Source of the DNA: Escherichia coli
GTDB taxonomy: Bacteria; Pseudomonadota; Gammaproteobacteria; Enterobacterales; Enterobacteriaceae
DNA length: 64,000 nucleotides
Strand: one strand, 5' to 3'
NCBI RefSeq assembly: GCF_009931435.1
Contig: NZ_CP043414.1
How positions within the stretch are numbered: position 1 is the stretch's first letter; each line of letters starts with the position of its first letter. The notes under the pieces were generated by a model that saw only the letters and a list, made by a program, of their open reading frames with translations, was not told the DNA's origin and made no database searches. Positions 49,529 through 62,361 of the stretch are shown here, one piece after another. Both the position numbers and the translations under genes were made by a program.

Positions 49529-50614
49529 ATGTTCAAGCGTCGTTATGTAACATTGCTTCCCCTTTTTGTGTTGCTTGCCGCCTGTAGCAGCAAGCCAAAA
49601 CCTACTGAGACTGAAACGACCACCGGAACGCCGTCTGGCGGCTTCCTGCTTGAGCCGCAGCACAATGTGATGCAGATGGGCGGCGATTTCGCTAACAACC
49701 CGAATGCCCAGCAGTTCATCGACAAAATGGTGAACAAACACGGTTTCAATCGTCAGCAGTTGCAGGAAATTCTCTCCCAGGCGAAACGTCTGGATTCGGT
49801 ATTGCGGCTGATGGATAACCAGGCACCAACCACATCGGTGAAGCCGCCATCAGGTCCGAACGGCGCATGGCTGCGTTATCGCAAAAAATTTATTACGCCG
49901 GACAACGTGCAAAACGGCGTGGTTTTCTGGAATCAGTATGAAGATGCGCTGAATCGCGCATGGCAAGTGTATGGCGTACCGCCAGAAATCATCGTCGGGA
50001 TTATCGGCGTCGAAACTCGCTGGGGACGCGTGATGGGGAAAACTCGTATCCTCGATGCGCTGGCAACGTTGTCATTTAACTACCCACGCCGCGCGGAGTA
50101 TTTCTCTGGTGAGCTGGAAACCTTCTTGCTGATGGCGCGCGATGAGCAGGACGATCCGCTCAATCTGAAAGGTTCCTTTGCCGGGGCGATGGGCTACGGA
50201 CAGTTTATGCCATCGTCTTATAAACAATATGCGGTAGATTTCAGCGGCGACGGGCATATCAACCTGTGGGATCCGGTTGATGCCATCGGTAGCGTGGCGA
50301 ACTATTTCAAAGCGCACGGCTGGGTGAAAGGTGATCAGGTTGCGGTAATGGCAAACGGTCAGGCTCCAGGCTTGCCAAATGGCTTCAAAACCAAGTACAG
50401 CATTTCGCAGCTTGCCGCGGCAGGTTTAACGCCACAGCAGCCGCTGGGCAACCATCAGCAGGCCAGCTTACTGCGCCTGGATGTTGGCACCGGTTACCAG
50501 TACTGGTACGGTTTGCCGAACTTCTACACTATCACCCGTTACAATCACAGCACCCATTACGCAATGGCCGTCTGGCAGTTAGGACAAGCCGTGGCACTGG
50601 CGCGCGTGCAGTAA
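49529..50614 (+). CDS. mltB: membrane-bound lytic murein transglycosylase B (lipoprotein)
   Basis: Start taken at MFKRRYVTLLPLFVLLAACSS (lipobox LAAC); catalytic region follows. Confidence 0.9.
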   Translation: MFKRRYVTLLPLFVLLAACSSKPKPTETETTTGTPSGGFLLEPQHNVMQMGGDFANNPNAQQFIDKMVNKHGFNRQQLQEILSQAKRLDSVLRLMDNQAPTTSVKPPSGPNGAWLRYRKKFITPDNVQNGVVFWNQYEDALNRAWQVYGVPPEIIVGIIGVETRWGRVMGKTRILDALATLSFNYPRRAEYFSGELETFLLMARDEQDDPLNLKGSFAGAMGYGQFMPSSYKQYAVDFSGDGHINLWDPVDAIGSVANYFKAHGWVKGDQVAVMANGQAPGLPNGFKTKYSISQLAAAGLTPQQPLGNHQQASLLRLDVGTGYQYWYGLPNFYTITRYNHSTHYAMAVWQLGQAVALARVQ

Positions 50615-50617
50615 CTC

Positions 50618-50650
50618 TTTGCAAGAGGGAGGTTAAACTTCCCTCTGTTT
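50618..50650. terminator. hairpin terminator between convergent mltB and the small ORF
   Basis: agaggga…tccctct stem followed by gttttctt. Confidence 0.55.
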
Positions 50651-50652
50651 TC

Positions 50653-50892
50653 TTACTGTTTATTCGAATGACGTAATTGCTTGATTTTTTTCGACAGCGA
50701 TATCGCATATCCCAGGCAGACAACGCCTAACGCAGCCTGACCGAAGTCGAAAGGTTCAAGGTAGCCAGAAGATAAAATTTTACATATCACTGAAACCAGT
50801 GCGCCGATGCCACCAATGATGACCCAAATACGCATTTGCGTGGTTTGTTTAAGCACGTTTTGTGGCGTGTTATCCGTTTTCTTTGTTGCCAT
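50653..50892 (-). CDS. hypothetical small two-helix membrane protein (79 aa)
   Basis: In-frame ATG at 50890-50892 preceded by GGGAGAG; translation MATKKTDNTPQNVLKQTTQMRIWVIIGGIGALVSVICKIL…ALGVVCLGYAISLSKKIKQLRHSNKQ has two hydrophobic helices and a basic tail. No K-12 gene is annotated here in my recollection. Confidence 0.4.
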   Translation of the reverse strand: MATKKTDNTPQNVLKQTTQMRIWVIIGGIGALVSVICKILSSGYLEPFDFGQAALGVVCLGYAISLSKKIKQLRHSNKQ

Positions 50893-51071
50893 TGCTATTC
50901 TCTCCCTGTGAATACATATCAATGTGAACGCGGCATGGTAGCGCTTTTTCTTTACCGACTGGTCGCAACAGTCTTTTTCCGGAACGCAACTCGTAAAATG
51001 AATCGCTCGTCCCCATCTTCTGCGGGAAAGTGCTATCTTGTCCGGCATATATTTTTTGACTGACTGAGGTT

Positions 51072-51572
51072 GTGATGATTGACAGTGAACTGATGCAGTT
51101 AAGCGAACAGGTAGGGCAGGCGCTGAAAGCCCGTGGCGCAACCGTAACAACTGCCGAGTCTTGTACCGGCGGTTGGGTAGCGAAAGTGATTACCGATATT
51201 GCCGGTAGTTCCGCCTGGTTTGAACGCGGATTTGTCACCTACAGTAACGAAGCCAAAGCGCAGATGATCGGCGTACGCGAAGAGACGCTGGCGCAGCACG
51301 GCGCGGTGAGCGAACCCGTCGTGGTGGAAATGGCGATAGGCGCACTGAAAGCGGCTCGTGCTGATTATGCCGTGTCTATTAGTGGTATCGCCGGGCCGGA
51401 TGGCGGCAGTGAAGAGAAGCCTGTTGGCACCGTCTGGTTTGCTTTTGCCACTGCCCGTGGAGAAGGCATTACCCGGCGGGAATGCTTCAGCGGTGACCGT
51501 GATGCGGTGCGTCGTCAGGCTACTGCGTATGCATTGCAGACCTTGTGGCAACAATTTCTACAAAACACTTGA
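51072..51572 (+). CDS. pncC: NMN amidohydrolase PncC (CinA-like)
   Basis: 166-aa ORF …ATVTTAESCTGGWVAKVITDIAGSS…; immediately upstream of recA. Confidence 0.92.
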   Translation: MMIDSELMQLSEQVGQALKARGATVTTAESCTGGWVAKVITDIAGSSAWFERGFVTYSNEAKAQMIGVREETLAQHGAVSEPVVVEMAIGALKAARADYAVSISGIAGPDGGSEEKPVGTVWFAFATARGEGITRRECFSGDRDAVRRQATAYALQTLWQQFLQNT

Positions 51573-52713
<1,141 letters not shown>

Positions 52714-52781
52714 TCGTCTTGTTTGATACACAAGGGTCGCATCTGCGGCCCTTTTGCTTTTTTAAGTTGTAAGGATATGCC

Positions 52782-53282
52782 ATGACAGAATCAACGTCCC
52801 GTCGCCCGGCATATGCTCGCCTGTTGGATCGTGCGGTACGCATTCTGGCGGTGCGCGATCACAGTGAGCAAGAACTGCGACGTAAACTCGCGGCACCGAT
52901 TATGGGCAAAAATGGCCCGGAAGAGATTGATGCCACGGCAGAAGATTACGAGCGCGTTATCGCCTGGTGCCATGAACATGGCTATCTCGATGACAGCCGA
53001 TTTGTGGCGCGCTTTATCGCCAGCCGGAGCCGCAAAGGTTACGGTCCGGCGCGTATCCGTCAGGAACTGAATCAGAAAGGTCTTTCCCGCGAGGCGACAG
53101 AAAAAGCGATGCGTGAATGTGACATCGACTGGTGTGCACTGGCGCGCGATCAGGCGACGCGAAAATATGGCGAACCTTTGCCAACTGTCTTTTCAGAAAA
53201 AGTTAAGATCCAGCGTTTTCTGCTCTATCGCGGCTATCTGATGGAGGATATCCAGGATATTTGGCGAAATTTTGCCGACTGA
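52782..53282 (+). CDS. recX: RecA regulator RecX
   Basis: 166-aa ORF downstream of recA. Confidence 0.93.
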   Translation: MTESTSRRPAYARLLDRAVRILAVRDHSEQELRRKLAAPIMGKNGPEEIDATAEDYERVIAWCHEHGYLDDSRFVARFIASRSRKGYGPARIRQELNQKGLSREATEKAMRECDIDWCALARDQATRKYGEPLPTVFSEKVKIQRFLLYRGYLMEDIQDIWRNFAD

Positions 53283-53409
53283 ACGCATACGGTATTTTAC
53301 TTCCCAGTCAAGAAAACTTATCTTATTCCCACTTTTCAGTTACCAGCCCGGCGGTTAAGACACGCTGTCGCTGGTGGCGATATTTCGTTAGCTTGATTTC
53401 AGGATAATT

Positions 53410-56040
53410 ATGAGCAAGAGCACCGCTGAGATCCGTCAGGCGTTTCTCGACTTTTTCCATAGTAAGGGACATCAGGTAGTTGCCAGCAGCTCCCTGGTAC
53501 CCCATAACGACCCAACTTTGTTGTTTACCAACGCCGGGATGAACCAGTTCAAGGATGTGTTCCTTGGGCTCGACAAGCGTAATTATTCCCGCGCTACCAC
53601 TTCCCAACGCTGCGTGCGTGCGGGTGGTAAACACAACGACCTGGAAAACGTCGGTTACACCGCGCGTCACCATACCTTCTTCGAAATGCTGGGCAACTTC
53701 AGCTTCGGCGACTATTTCAAACACGATGCTATTCAGTTTGCATGGGAACTGCTGACCAGCGAAAAATGGTTTGCCCTGCCGAAAGAGCGTCTGTGGGTTA
53801 CCGTCTATGAAAGCGACGACGAAGCCTACGAAATCTGGGAAAAAGAAGTAGGGATCCCGCGCGAACGTATTATTCGCATCGGCGATAACAAAGGTGCGCC
53901 ATACGCATCTGACAACTTCTGGCAGATGGGTGACACTGGTCCGTGTGGCCCGTGCACCGAAATCTTCTACGATCACGGCGACCACATTTGGGGTGGCCCT
54001 CCGGGAAGTCCGGAAGAAGACGGCGATCGCTACATTGAGATCTGGAACATCGTCTTCATGCAGTTCAACCGCCAGGCAGATGGTACGATGGAACCGCTGC
54101 CGAAGCCGTCTGTGGATACCGGTATGGGGCTGGAACGTATTGCTGCGGTGCTGCAACACGTTAACTCTAACTATGACATCGACCTGTTCCGCACGCTGAT
54201 CCAGGAGGTAGCGAAAGTCACTGGCGCGACCGATCTGAGCAATAAATCGCTGCGCGTAATCGCTGACCACATTCGTTCTTGTGCGTTCCTGATCGCGGAT
54301 GGCGTAATGCCGTCCAACGAAAACCGTGGTTATGTACTGCGTCGTATCATTCGTCGCGCAGTGCGTCACGGCAATATGCTGGGCGCGAAAGAAACTTTCT
54401 TCTACAAACTGGTTGGTCCGCTGATCGACGTTATGGGCTCTGCGGGTGAAGACCTGAAACGCCAGCAGGCACAGGTTGAGCAGGTGCTGAAGACTGAAGA
54501 AGAACAGTTTGCCCGCACTCTGGAGCGCGGTCTGGCGCTGCTGGACGAAGAGCTGGCGAAACTTTCTGGCGATACGCTGGATGGCGAAACTGCTTTCCGT
54601 CTGTACGACACCTACGGTTTCCCAGTTGACCTGACGGCTGATGTTTGTCGTGAACGCAACATCAAAGTTGACGAAGCTGGTTTTGAAGCAGCAATGGAAG
54701 AGCAGCGTCGTCGTGCGCGCGAAGCCAGCGGCTTTGGTGCCGATTACAACGCAATGATCCGTGTTGACAGTGCATCTGAATTTAAAGGCTATGACCATCT
54801 GGAAGTGAACGGCAAAGTGACTGCGCTGTTTGTTGATGGTAAAGCGGTTGATGCCATCAATGCAGGCCAGGAAGCGGTAGTCGTGCTGGATCAAACGCCA
54901 TTCTATGCGGAATCTGGCGGTCAGGTTGGCGATAAAGGCGAACTGAAAGGCGTTAACTTCTCCTTTGCGGTGGAAGATACGCAGAAATACGGCCAGGCGA
55001 TTGGTCACATCGGTAAACTTGCTGCGGGTTCTCTGAAAGTGGGCGACGCGGTGCAGGCTGATGTTGATGAGGCTCGTCGCGCTCGTATTCGTCTGAATCA
55101 CTCCGCAACGCACCTGATGCACGCTGCGCTGCGCCAGGTTTTGGGTACTCATGTATCGCAGAAAGGTTCACTGGTTAACGACAAAGTGCTGCGCTTCGAC
55201 TTCTCACACAACGAAGCGATGAAACCAGAAGAGATTCGTGCGGTTGAAGACCTGGTGAACGCGCAGATTCGCCGTAACTTGCCGATCGAAACCAACATCA
55301 TGGATCTCGAAGCGGCGAAAGCGAAAGGTGCGATGGCTCTGTTTGGCGAGAAGTATGATGAGCGCGTACGCGTGCTGAGCATGGGCGATTTCTCCACCGA
55401 GCTGTGTGGCGGTACTCACGCCAGCCGCACCGGTGATATTGGTCTGTTCCGCATCATCTCTGAATCGGGTACTGCTGCAGGTGTTCGTCGTATCGAAGCG
55501 GTAACCGGAGAAGGCGCTATCGCCACCGTTCATGCAGACAGCGATCGCTTAAGCGAAGTCGCACATCTGCTGAAAGGCGATAGCAATAATGTGGCTGATA
55601 AAGTGCGTTCAGTACTGGAACGTACGCGTCAGCTGGAAAAAGAGTTACAACAGCTTAAAGAACAAGCAGCCGCACAGGAGAGCGCAAATCTTTCCATTAA
55701 GGCAATTGATGTTAATGGTGTTAAGCTGTTGGTTAGCGAGCTTAGCGGTGTTGAGCCGAAAATGTTGCGTACCATGGTTGACGATTTAAAAAATCAGCTG
55801 GGGTCGACAATTATCGTGCTGGCAACGGTAGCCGAAGGTAAGGTTTCTCTGATTGCAGGCGTATCTAAGGACGTCACAGATCGTGTGAAAGCAGGGGAAC
55901 TGATTGGTATGGTCGCTCAGCAGGTGGGCGGCAAGGGTGGTGGACGTCCTGACATGGCGCAAGCCGGTGGTACGGATGCTGCGGCCTTACCTGCAGCGTT
56001 AGCCAGTGTGAAAGGCTGGGTCAGCGCGAAATTGCAATAA
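53410..56040 (+). CDS. alaS: alanine--tRNA ligase
   Basis: 876-aa [27 protein letters not shown]…; class II aaRS. Confidence 0.98.
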   Translation: MSKSTAEIRQAFLDFFHSKGHQVVASSSLVPHNDPTLLFTNAGMNQFKDVFLGLDKRNYSRATTSQRCVRAGGKHNDLENVGYTARHHTFFEMLGNFSFGDYFKHDAIQFAWELLTSEKWFALPKERLWVTVYESDDEAYEIWEKEVGIPRERIIRIGDNKGAPYASDNFWQMGDTGPCGPCTEIFYDHGDHIWGGPPGSPEEDGDRYIEIWNIVFMQFNRQADGTMEPLPKPSVDTGMGLERIAAVLQHVNSNYDIDLFRTLIQEVAKVTGATDLSNKSLRVIADHIRSCAFLIADGVMPSNENRGYVLRRIIRRAVRHGNMLGAKETFFYKLVGPLIDVMGSAGEDLKRQQAQVEQVLKTEEEQFARTLERGLALLDEELAKLSGDTLDGETAFRLYDTYGFPVDLTADVCRERNIKVDEAGFEAAMEEQRRRAREASGFGADYNAMIRVDSASEFKGYDHLEVNGKVTALFVDGKAVDAINAGQEAVVVLDQTPFYAESGGQVGDKGELKGVNFSFAVEDTQKYGQAIGHIGKLAAGSLKVGDAVQADVDEARRARIRLNHSATHLMHAALRQVLGTHVSQKGSLVNDKVLRFDFSHNEAMKPEEIRAVEDLVNAQIRRNLPIETNIMDLEAAKAKGAMALFGEKYDERVRVLSMGDFSTELCGGTHASRTGDIGLFRIISESGTAAGVRRIEAVTGEGAIATVHADSDRLSEVAHLLKGDSNNVADKVRSVLERTRQLEKELQQLKEQAAAQESANLSIKAIDVNGVKLLVSELSGVEPKMLRTMVDDLKNQLGSTIIVLATVAEGKVSLIAGVSKDVTDRVKAGELIGMVAQQVGGKGGGRPDMAQAGGTDAAALPAALASVKGWVSAKLQ

Positions 56041-56274
56041 TATAAGCGCCAGGCAATGCCGTGGACTCGCTTCACGGCATTCGCATTAACGCTATCGACA
56101 ACGATAAAGTCAGGTTGAAGTTGTGTATATCGGCTAAACTTAGGTTTAACAGAATGTAATGCCATGACTGCTTACATGTAATGTGTTTGTCATTGCTTAC
56201 TTTTTGGCGTTATATGATGGATAATGCCGGGATACAGAGAGACCCGACTCTTTTAATCTTTCAAGGAGCAAAGA

Positions 56275-56460
56275 ATGCTGATTCTGACTCGTCGAGTTGG
56301 TGAGACCCTCATGATTGGGGATGAGGTCACCGTGACAGTTTTAGGGGTAAAGGGCAACCAGGTACGTATTGGCGTAAATGCCCCGAAGGAAGTTTCTGTT
56401 CACCGTGAAGAGATCTACCAGCGTATCCAGGCTGAAAAATCCCAGCAGTCCAGTTACTAA
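56275..56460 (+). CDS. csrA: carbon storage regulator CsrA
   Basis: 61-aa [51 protein letters not shown]…. Confidence 0.98.
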
Positions 56461-56684
56461 TCTTTCCGCGTCTCATCTTTATCGGTGAGACGCACCCTCA
56501 AAATTCCTCCTTCACTCCATTGTTTTTTCGCTTTACTCCCGTTCATTCAACTTTAGTCTCCATTTTTTGCATTACTGCTATCTGTCAGACCTCCGTTTTT
56601 CTGTTGATAAAACACTCTTTTTGACGTTTTTACAGACTAATTGAGTGTGAATTGTGCAAACGATAAAAGTGTGGGAAAAATTGT

Positions 56685-56712
56685 TTGACTTATAAGTCTC
56701 AGAAAGTAATAT
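56685..56712 (+). promoter_or_regulatory. sigma70 promoter of the serV-arg tRNA operon
   Basis: TTGACT-N16-TAATAT followed by GC-rich discriminator gcgcc, about 60 bp upstream of tRNA-Ser. Confidence 0.6.
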
Positions 56713-56774
56713 GTGCGCCACGCAGCGACGATGAGCGATAAACAAGTTCTTCGAAGCACTCGTAAGAGGCGTGT

Positions 56775-56867
56775 GGTGAGGTGGCCGAGAGGCTGAAGGC
56801 GCTCCCCTGCTAAGGGAGTATGCGGTCAAAAGCTGCATCCGGGGTTCGAATCCCCGCCTCACCGCCA
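56775..56867 (+). tRNA. serV: tRNA-Ser (anticodon GCU)
   Basis: 93-nt sequence ggtgaggtggccgagaggctgaaggcgctcccctgctaagggag…cgcctcaccgcca with long variable arm, anticodon loop cuGCUaa, encoded CCA. Confidence 0.95.
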
Positions 56868-56870
56868 TTT

Positions 56871-56947
56871 GCATCCGTAGCTCAGCTGGATAGAGTACTC
56901 GGCTACGAACCGAGCGGTCGGAGGTTCGAATCCTCCCGGATGCACCA
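56871..56947 (+). tRNA. argV: tRNA-Arg (anticodon ACG), copy 1
   Basis: 77-nt gcatccgtagctcagctggatagagtactcggctACGaaccgagcggtcggaggttcgaatcctcccggatgcacca. Confidence 0.95.
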
Positions 56948-57146
56948 TATTCTACGAAATCTTCAGCAATGAAGGTGTCGAAGAGGTGGCGGTACTAACC
57001 GCAAGCACCAGGGAGGATAACGTTGCTTTAGCAACGGCCCGAAGGGCGAGCCGTAAGGCGAGTAATCCTCCCGGATGCACCATCTCTTACTTGATACGGC
57101 TTTAGTAGCGGTATCAAAAAATCTGCAGTAAAGTAAGTTTCCCGAT

Positions 57147-57223
57147 GCATCCGTAGCTCAGCTGGATAGAGTACTCGGCTACGAACCGAGCGGTCGGAGG
57201 TTCGAATCCTCCCGGATGCACCA
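57147..57223 (+). tRNA. argY: tRNA-Arg (ACG), copy 2
   Basis: Identical 77-nt sequence. Confidence 0.95.
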
Positions 57224-57286
57224 TCTCTTACTTGATATGGCTTTAGTAGCGATATCAATATCAGCAGTAAAGTAAGTTCTCCCGAT

Positions 57287-57363
57287 GCATCCGTAGCTCA
57301 GCTGGATAGAGTACTCGGCTACGAACCGAGCGGTCGGAGGTTCGAATCCTCCCGGATGCACCA
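57287..57363 (+). tRNA. argZ: tRNA-Arg (ACG), copy 3
   Basis: Identical 77-nt sequence. Confidence 0.95.
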
Positions 57364-57561
57364 TATTCTCCGAAATCTTCAGCAATGAAGATATCGAAGA
57401 GGTAGCGGAATTAACCGCAGGCACCAGGAAGGATAACGTTGCTTTAGCAACGGCCCGAAGGGCGAGCCGCAAGGCGAGTAATCCTCCCGGATGCACCATC
57501 TCTTATTTGATATGGCTTTAGTAGCGGTATCAATATCAGCAGTAAAGTAATTTCTCCCGAT

Positions 57562-57638
57562 GCATCCGTAGCTCAGCTGGATAGAGTACTCGGCTACGAA
57601 CCGAGCGGTCGGAGGTTCGAATCCTCCCGGATGCACCA
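57562..57638 (+). tRNA. argQ: tRNA-Arg (ACG), copy 4
   Basis: Identical 77-nt sequence. Confidence 0.95.
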
Positions 57639-57918
57639 TATTCTCCGTAATCTTCAGCGATGATGGTATGGAAGAGGCGATGGTAATCACCGTCTGCTCC
57701 AGGGAGGATAACGTTGCGGCAGCAACGGCCCGAAGGGCGAACGCCAGTGAGTCATCCTCCCGGATGCACCATCTTCTGCAAAAAATCCCCTTCAAAAATA
57801 TTTCATTTCTAAATAACTATTTTATCCATTTCCTGAATATTCTTCTCCTTCGCCATCAGCGACAAAATCAAGCAATTACGCTAAAGTAGCGTCATATTTT
57901 TCGACTTGCGAGAAGACC

Positions 57919-58485
57919 ATGTACGAGCGTTATGCAGGTTTAATTTTTGATATGGATGGCACAATCCTGGATACGGAGCCTACGCACCGTAAAGCGTGGC
58001 GCGAAGTATTAGGGCACTACGGTCTTCAGTACGATGTTCAGGCGATGATTGCGCTTAATGGCTCGCCCACGTGGCGCATTGCTCAGGCGATTATTGAACT
58101 GAATCAGGCCGATCTCGACCCGCATGCGCTGGCGCGTGAAAAAACAGAAGCAGTCAGAAGCATGTTACTCGATAGCGTCGAACCACTCCCCCTTGTTGAA
58201 GTGGTGAAAAGCTGGCACGGACGTCGACCAATGGCTGTAGGAACGGGGAGTGAAAGCGCCATCGCTGAGGCACTGCTAACGCACCTGGGATTACGCCGTT
58301 ATTTTGACGCCGTCGTTGCTGCCGATCACGTCAAACATCATAAACCTGCGCCAGACACATTTTTATTGTGCGCGCAGCGTATGGGCGTGCAACCAACGCA
58401 GTGTGTGGTCTTTGAAGATGCCGATTTCGGTATTCAGGCGGCCCGTGCTGCAGGCATGGACGCTGTGGATGTTCGCTTGCTGTGA
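57919..58485 (+). CDS. yqaB: HAD-family sugar phosphatase (fructose-1-phosphate phosphatase)
   Basis: 188-aa ORF with HAD motif I FDMDGTILDT. Confidence 0.9.
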   Translation: MYERYAGLIFDMDGTILDTEPTHRKAWREVLGHYGLQYDVQAMIALNGSPTWRIAQAIIELNQADLDPHALAREKTEAVRSMLLDSVEPLPLVEVVKSWHGRRPMAVGTGSESAIAEALLTHLGLRRYFDAVVAADHVKHHKPAPDTFLLCAQRMGVQPTQCVVFEDADFGIQAARAAGMDAVDVRLL

Positions 58486-58910
58486 GTGAAGCTTTATCGC
58501 TTTTCTCGTTGTTTGCCAGTAGTTTCCTCAGCGCTACACTATTACCCGGTAATTCCGAAGTCGTGCTGGTTGCAATGTTGCTTTCCGGGGTAAGTCATCC
58601 CTGGGTTTTAGTTTTAACAGCAACAATGGGTAATAGCCTTGGAGGGTTAACTAACGTTATCCTTGGGCGTTTCTTTCCATTGCGTAAAACATCGCGCTGG
58701 CAAGAGAAAGCTACCGGCTGGCTGAAACGCTATGGTGCAGTCACGCTATTATTAAGCTGGATGCCCGTGGTTGGCGATTTACTGTGTCTGTTAGCGGGAT
58801 GGATGCGCATCTCCTGGGGGCCAGTAATCTTTTTTTTGTGCCTTGGTAAAGCGTTACGCTATGTTGCAGTTGCAGCAGCGACCGTTCAGGGCATGATGTG
58901 GTGGCACTAA
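58482..58910 (+). CDS. yqaA: DedA/SNARE-associated-family inner membrane protein
   Basis: 142-aa membrane ORF overlapping the yqaB stop. Confidence 0.88.
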   Translation: MSEALSLFSLFASSFLSATLLPGNSEVVLVAMLLSGVSHPWVLVLTATMGNSLGGLTNVILGRFFPLRKTSRWQEKATGWLKRYGAVTLLLSWMPVVGDLLCLLAGWMRISWGPVIFFLCLGKALRYVAVAAATVQGMMWWH

Positions 58911-58955
58911 TTGTAGGCCTGCACACATGGTCACCATTACAGTTATGCTAATTAA

Positions 58956-60539
<1,584 letters not shown>

Positions 60540-60547
60540 CAGAAAAG

Positions 60548-60620
60548 AAAAAGGCCACTCGTGAGTGGCCAAAATTTCATCTCTGAATTCAGGGATGATG
60601 ATAACAAATGCGCGTCTTTC
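60548..60620 (-). ncRNA. micA: MicA (SraD) sRNA
   Basis: Minus strand reads GAAAGACGCGCATTTGTTATCATCATCCCTGAATTCAGAGATGAAATTTTGGCCACTCACGAGTGGCCTTTTT, matching MicA including its terminator hairpin; lies between gshA and luxS. Confidence 0.9.
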
Positions 60621-60626
60621 ATATAC

Positions 60627-60654
60627 TCAGACTCGCCTGGGAAGAAAGAGTTCA
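60627..60654 (-). promoter_or_regulatory. sigmaE-type promoter of micA
   Basis: Minus strand: TGAACTC (-35) then 16 bp then TCTGA (-10), ending 7 nt before the MicA 5' end. Confidence 0.65.
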
Positions 60655-60688
60655 GAAAATTTTTAAAAAAATTACCGGAGGTGGCTAA

Positions 60689-61204
60689 ATGCCGTTGTTA
60701 GATAGCTTCACAGTCGATCATACCCGGATGGAAGCGCCTGCAGTTCGGGTGGCGAAAACAATGAACACCCCGCATGGCGACGCAATCACCGTGTTCGATC
60801 TGCGCTTCTGCGTGCCGAACAAAGAAGTGATGCCAGAAAGAGGGATCCATACCCTGGAGCACCTGTTTGCTGGTTTTATGCGTAACCATCTTAACGGTAA
60901 TGGCGTTGAGATTATCGATATCTCGCCAATGGGCTGCCGCACCGGTTTTTATATGAGTCTGATTGGTACGCCAGATGAGCAGCGTGTTGCTGATGCCTGG
61001 AAAGCGGCAATGGAAGACGTGCTGAAAGTGCAGGATCAGAATCAGATCCCGGAACTGAACGTCTACCAGTGTGGTACTTATCAGATGCATTCGTTGCAGG
61101 AAGCGCAGGATATTGCGCGTAATATCCTGGAACGTGACGTACGCATCAACAGCAACGAAGAGTTGGCGCTGCCGAAAGAAAAGTTGCAGGAATTGCACAT
61201 CTAG
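60689..61204 (+). CDS. luxS: S-ribosylhomocysteine lyase (AI-2 synthase)
   Basis: 171-aa ORF with the HxxEH metal motif (HTLEHLFAG). Confidence 0.97.
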   Translation: MPLLDSFTVDHTRMEAPAVRVAKTMNTPHGDAITVFDLRFCVPNKEVMPERGIHTLEHLFAGFMRNHLNGNGVEIIDISPMGCRTGFYMSLIGTPDEQRVADAWKAAMEDVLKVQDQNQIPELNVYQCGTYQMHSLQEAQDIARNILERDVRINSNEELALPKEKLQELHI

Positions 61205-61216
61205 TCAATTGAAGAG

Positions 61217-61247
61217 GCCGGGCAGGTGATATCACCGCCCGGTTTTT
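61217..61247. terminator. hairpin terminator between convergent luxS and the HD-Pnk gene
   Basis: gccgggcaggtga/tatcaccgcccgg followed by ttttta. Confidence 0.6.
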
Positions 61248-61248
61248 A

Positions 61249-62361
61249 TTACCTGTCAGTCACCCGATATTCCACGCTATGTGCTTCATCAGGTTGAGGA
61301 ACTTCCAGCCTTGAGGCCATCCGCATCACGACCGCTTCAGGAACGGCATACTCGCGCCTGGCATTTTGCTGCTTCCATTGCGCCCACGGTACTTCCAGAT
61401 AAACGATTTTTACTCGTGCACCGTAAGCCGTAAACAGACTGATGAGCTGGCTACGCAACTGGCGGGTAATGTTCGTTGCATTCCAGATGAACGGCTTCTT
61501 CTGGCGTAAAAAAACGCGCGCTTCTTCTTTTGCCTGTTGCACAATACGCCCGGTGGCGGTTTTGTCGTCCGGACTGGCATTGATTCGCCGCCGCATATCA
61601 TCAAGGCTGATAACGTTCACTCTCTGGCACTGTTCACTGATAAAGCGATCTTTGCCCATACCCGGTAAACCACACAGCAAAATAACCTCAAAAGATTCAG
61701 CCTCCCAGGGAACAAAATCAGGAGAACTTTGTTCATGGGTCAGGTAATGCCAGCGTGCGGAATCCGAAGCGAATGAACGCACTTTTCCCCAGCATTGTTG
61801 CTCCTGGCAAAATAGCTTGAACAGATCGATGCGTTCCAGCATTGATTGCTGATCATGACAATGGCGACCAAGCAGATCGGCACGAGCAAGCAAAGCGAGC
61901 AGACGCGTGTCGATACGCATTGCAGCCGTGAGCAGCAAACGCTCCGGTTCCGGACGTTCCAGTAACCATAGCGGTAACCCATGCAGACGCACCAGTGCAA
62001 CAATTTGCTCGCGTAGCACGAACGGTGTCGGGATATCGCGCCATAAAATTTGTCGGGCCGTCAATTCACCCCGACGAGCATGACCAGGGGACTGAATACG
62101 TCCGTTTTCCTGCACGGTAGTACTGCGCTTTTCAACGTCATGCAATAACGCCGCCGCCCATAAAATTTCCTGCTGCTGAGCGGGGAGTTGCTGAAACTCA
62201 GCCATCGCAACGAGTGCGTTCAGCACCATTTCAGTATGCACACCAACGTCGCCTTCACCATGATGCTCCGGGTCTTGCGGCGTGTTATGCATATCCTCAA
62301 CCCAGCTAAAACGCTGGCGTAGCGTCGACCAGCGTTTGTCGTCGGTAAGTTGCCAAATCAT
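61249..62361 (-). CDS. HD-domain phosphoesterase fused to a P-loop polynucleotide-kinase-like domain (HD-Pnk-type end-healing enzyme)
   Basis: 370-aa ORF; N-terminal HD signature (…[12 protein letters not shown]… and …AALLHDVEK…); C-terminal P-loop …[15 protein letters not shown]… followed by …[10 protein letters not shown]…; start overlaps the ligase stop (ATGA). Absent from the K-12 luxS-emrB junction. Confidence 0.7.
   Translation of the reverse strand: MIWQLTDDKRWSTLRQRFSWVEDMHNTPQDPEHHGEGDVGVHTEMVLNALVAMAEFQQLPAQQQEILWAAALLHDVEKRSTTVQENGRIQSPGHARRGELTARQILWRDIPTPFVLREQIVALVRLHGLPLWLLERPEPERLLLTAAMRIDTRLLALLARADLLGRHCHDQQSMLERIDLFKLFCQEQQCWGKVRSFASDSARWHYLTHEQSSPDFVPWEAESFEVILLCGLPGMGKDRFISEQCQRVNVISLDDMRRRINASPDDKTATGRIVQQAKEEARVFLRQKKPFIWNATNITRQLRSQLISLFTAYGARVKIVYLEVPWAQWKQQNARREYAVPEAVVMRMASRLEVPQPDEAHSVEYRVTDR

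Larger units (their letters stand above)
56948..57772 (+). repeat. tRNA-Arg array spacers: three copies of an approximately 135-bp module ending in a pseudo tRNA 3' end (aatcctcccggatgcaccatc), alternating with a 63-bp short spacer
   Basis: Modules at 56948-57084, 57364-57499 and 57639-57772 share tattctNcgNaatcttcagc…ggataacgttgc…gcaacggcccgaagggcga…cctcccggatgcaccatc. Confidence 0.8.

Noticed and set aside
53323-55152. 609-aa ORF on the minus strand antisense to alaS
   Set aside because: Lies entirely within the highly conserved alaS coding region on the opposite strand; low-complexity translation with no start context; typical shadow ORF of a GC-rich gene.
56871-57772. Possible CRISPR array, suggested by regularly spaced identical 77-bp units
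   Set aside because: The repeated units are complete tRNA-Arg genes with cloverleaf structure and CCA ends; spacers are themselves repeated rather than unique, and no cas genes are nearby.
56775-57780. Possible integrative element inserted at the tRNA cluster, suggested by duplicated tRNA 3' ends resembling att sites
   Set aside because: No integrase, excisionase or cargo genes adjacent; the array is followed directly by the conserved yqaB-yqaA-gshA genes.
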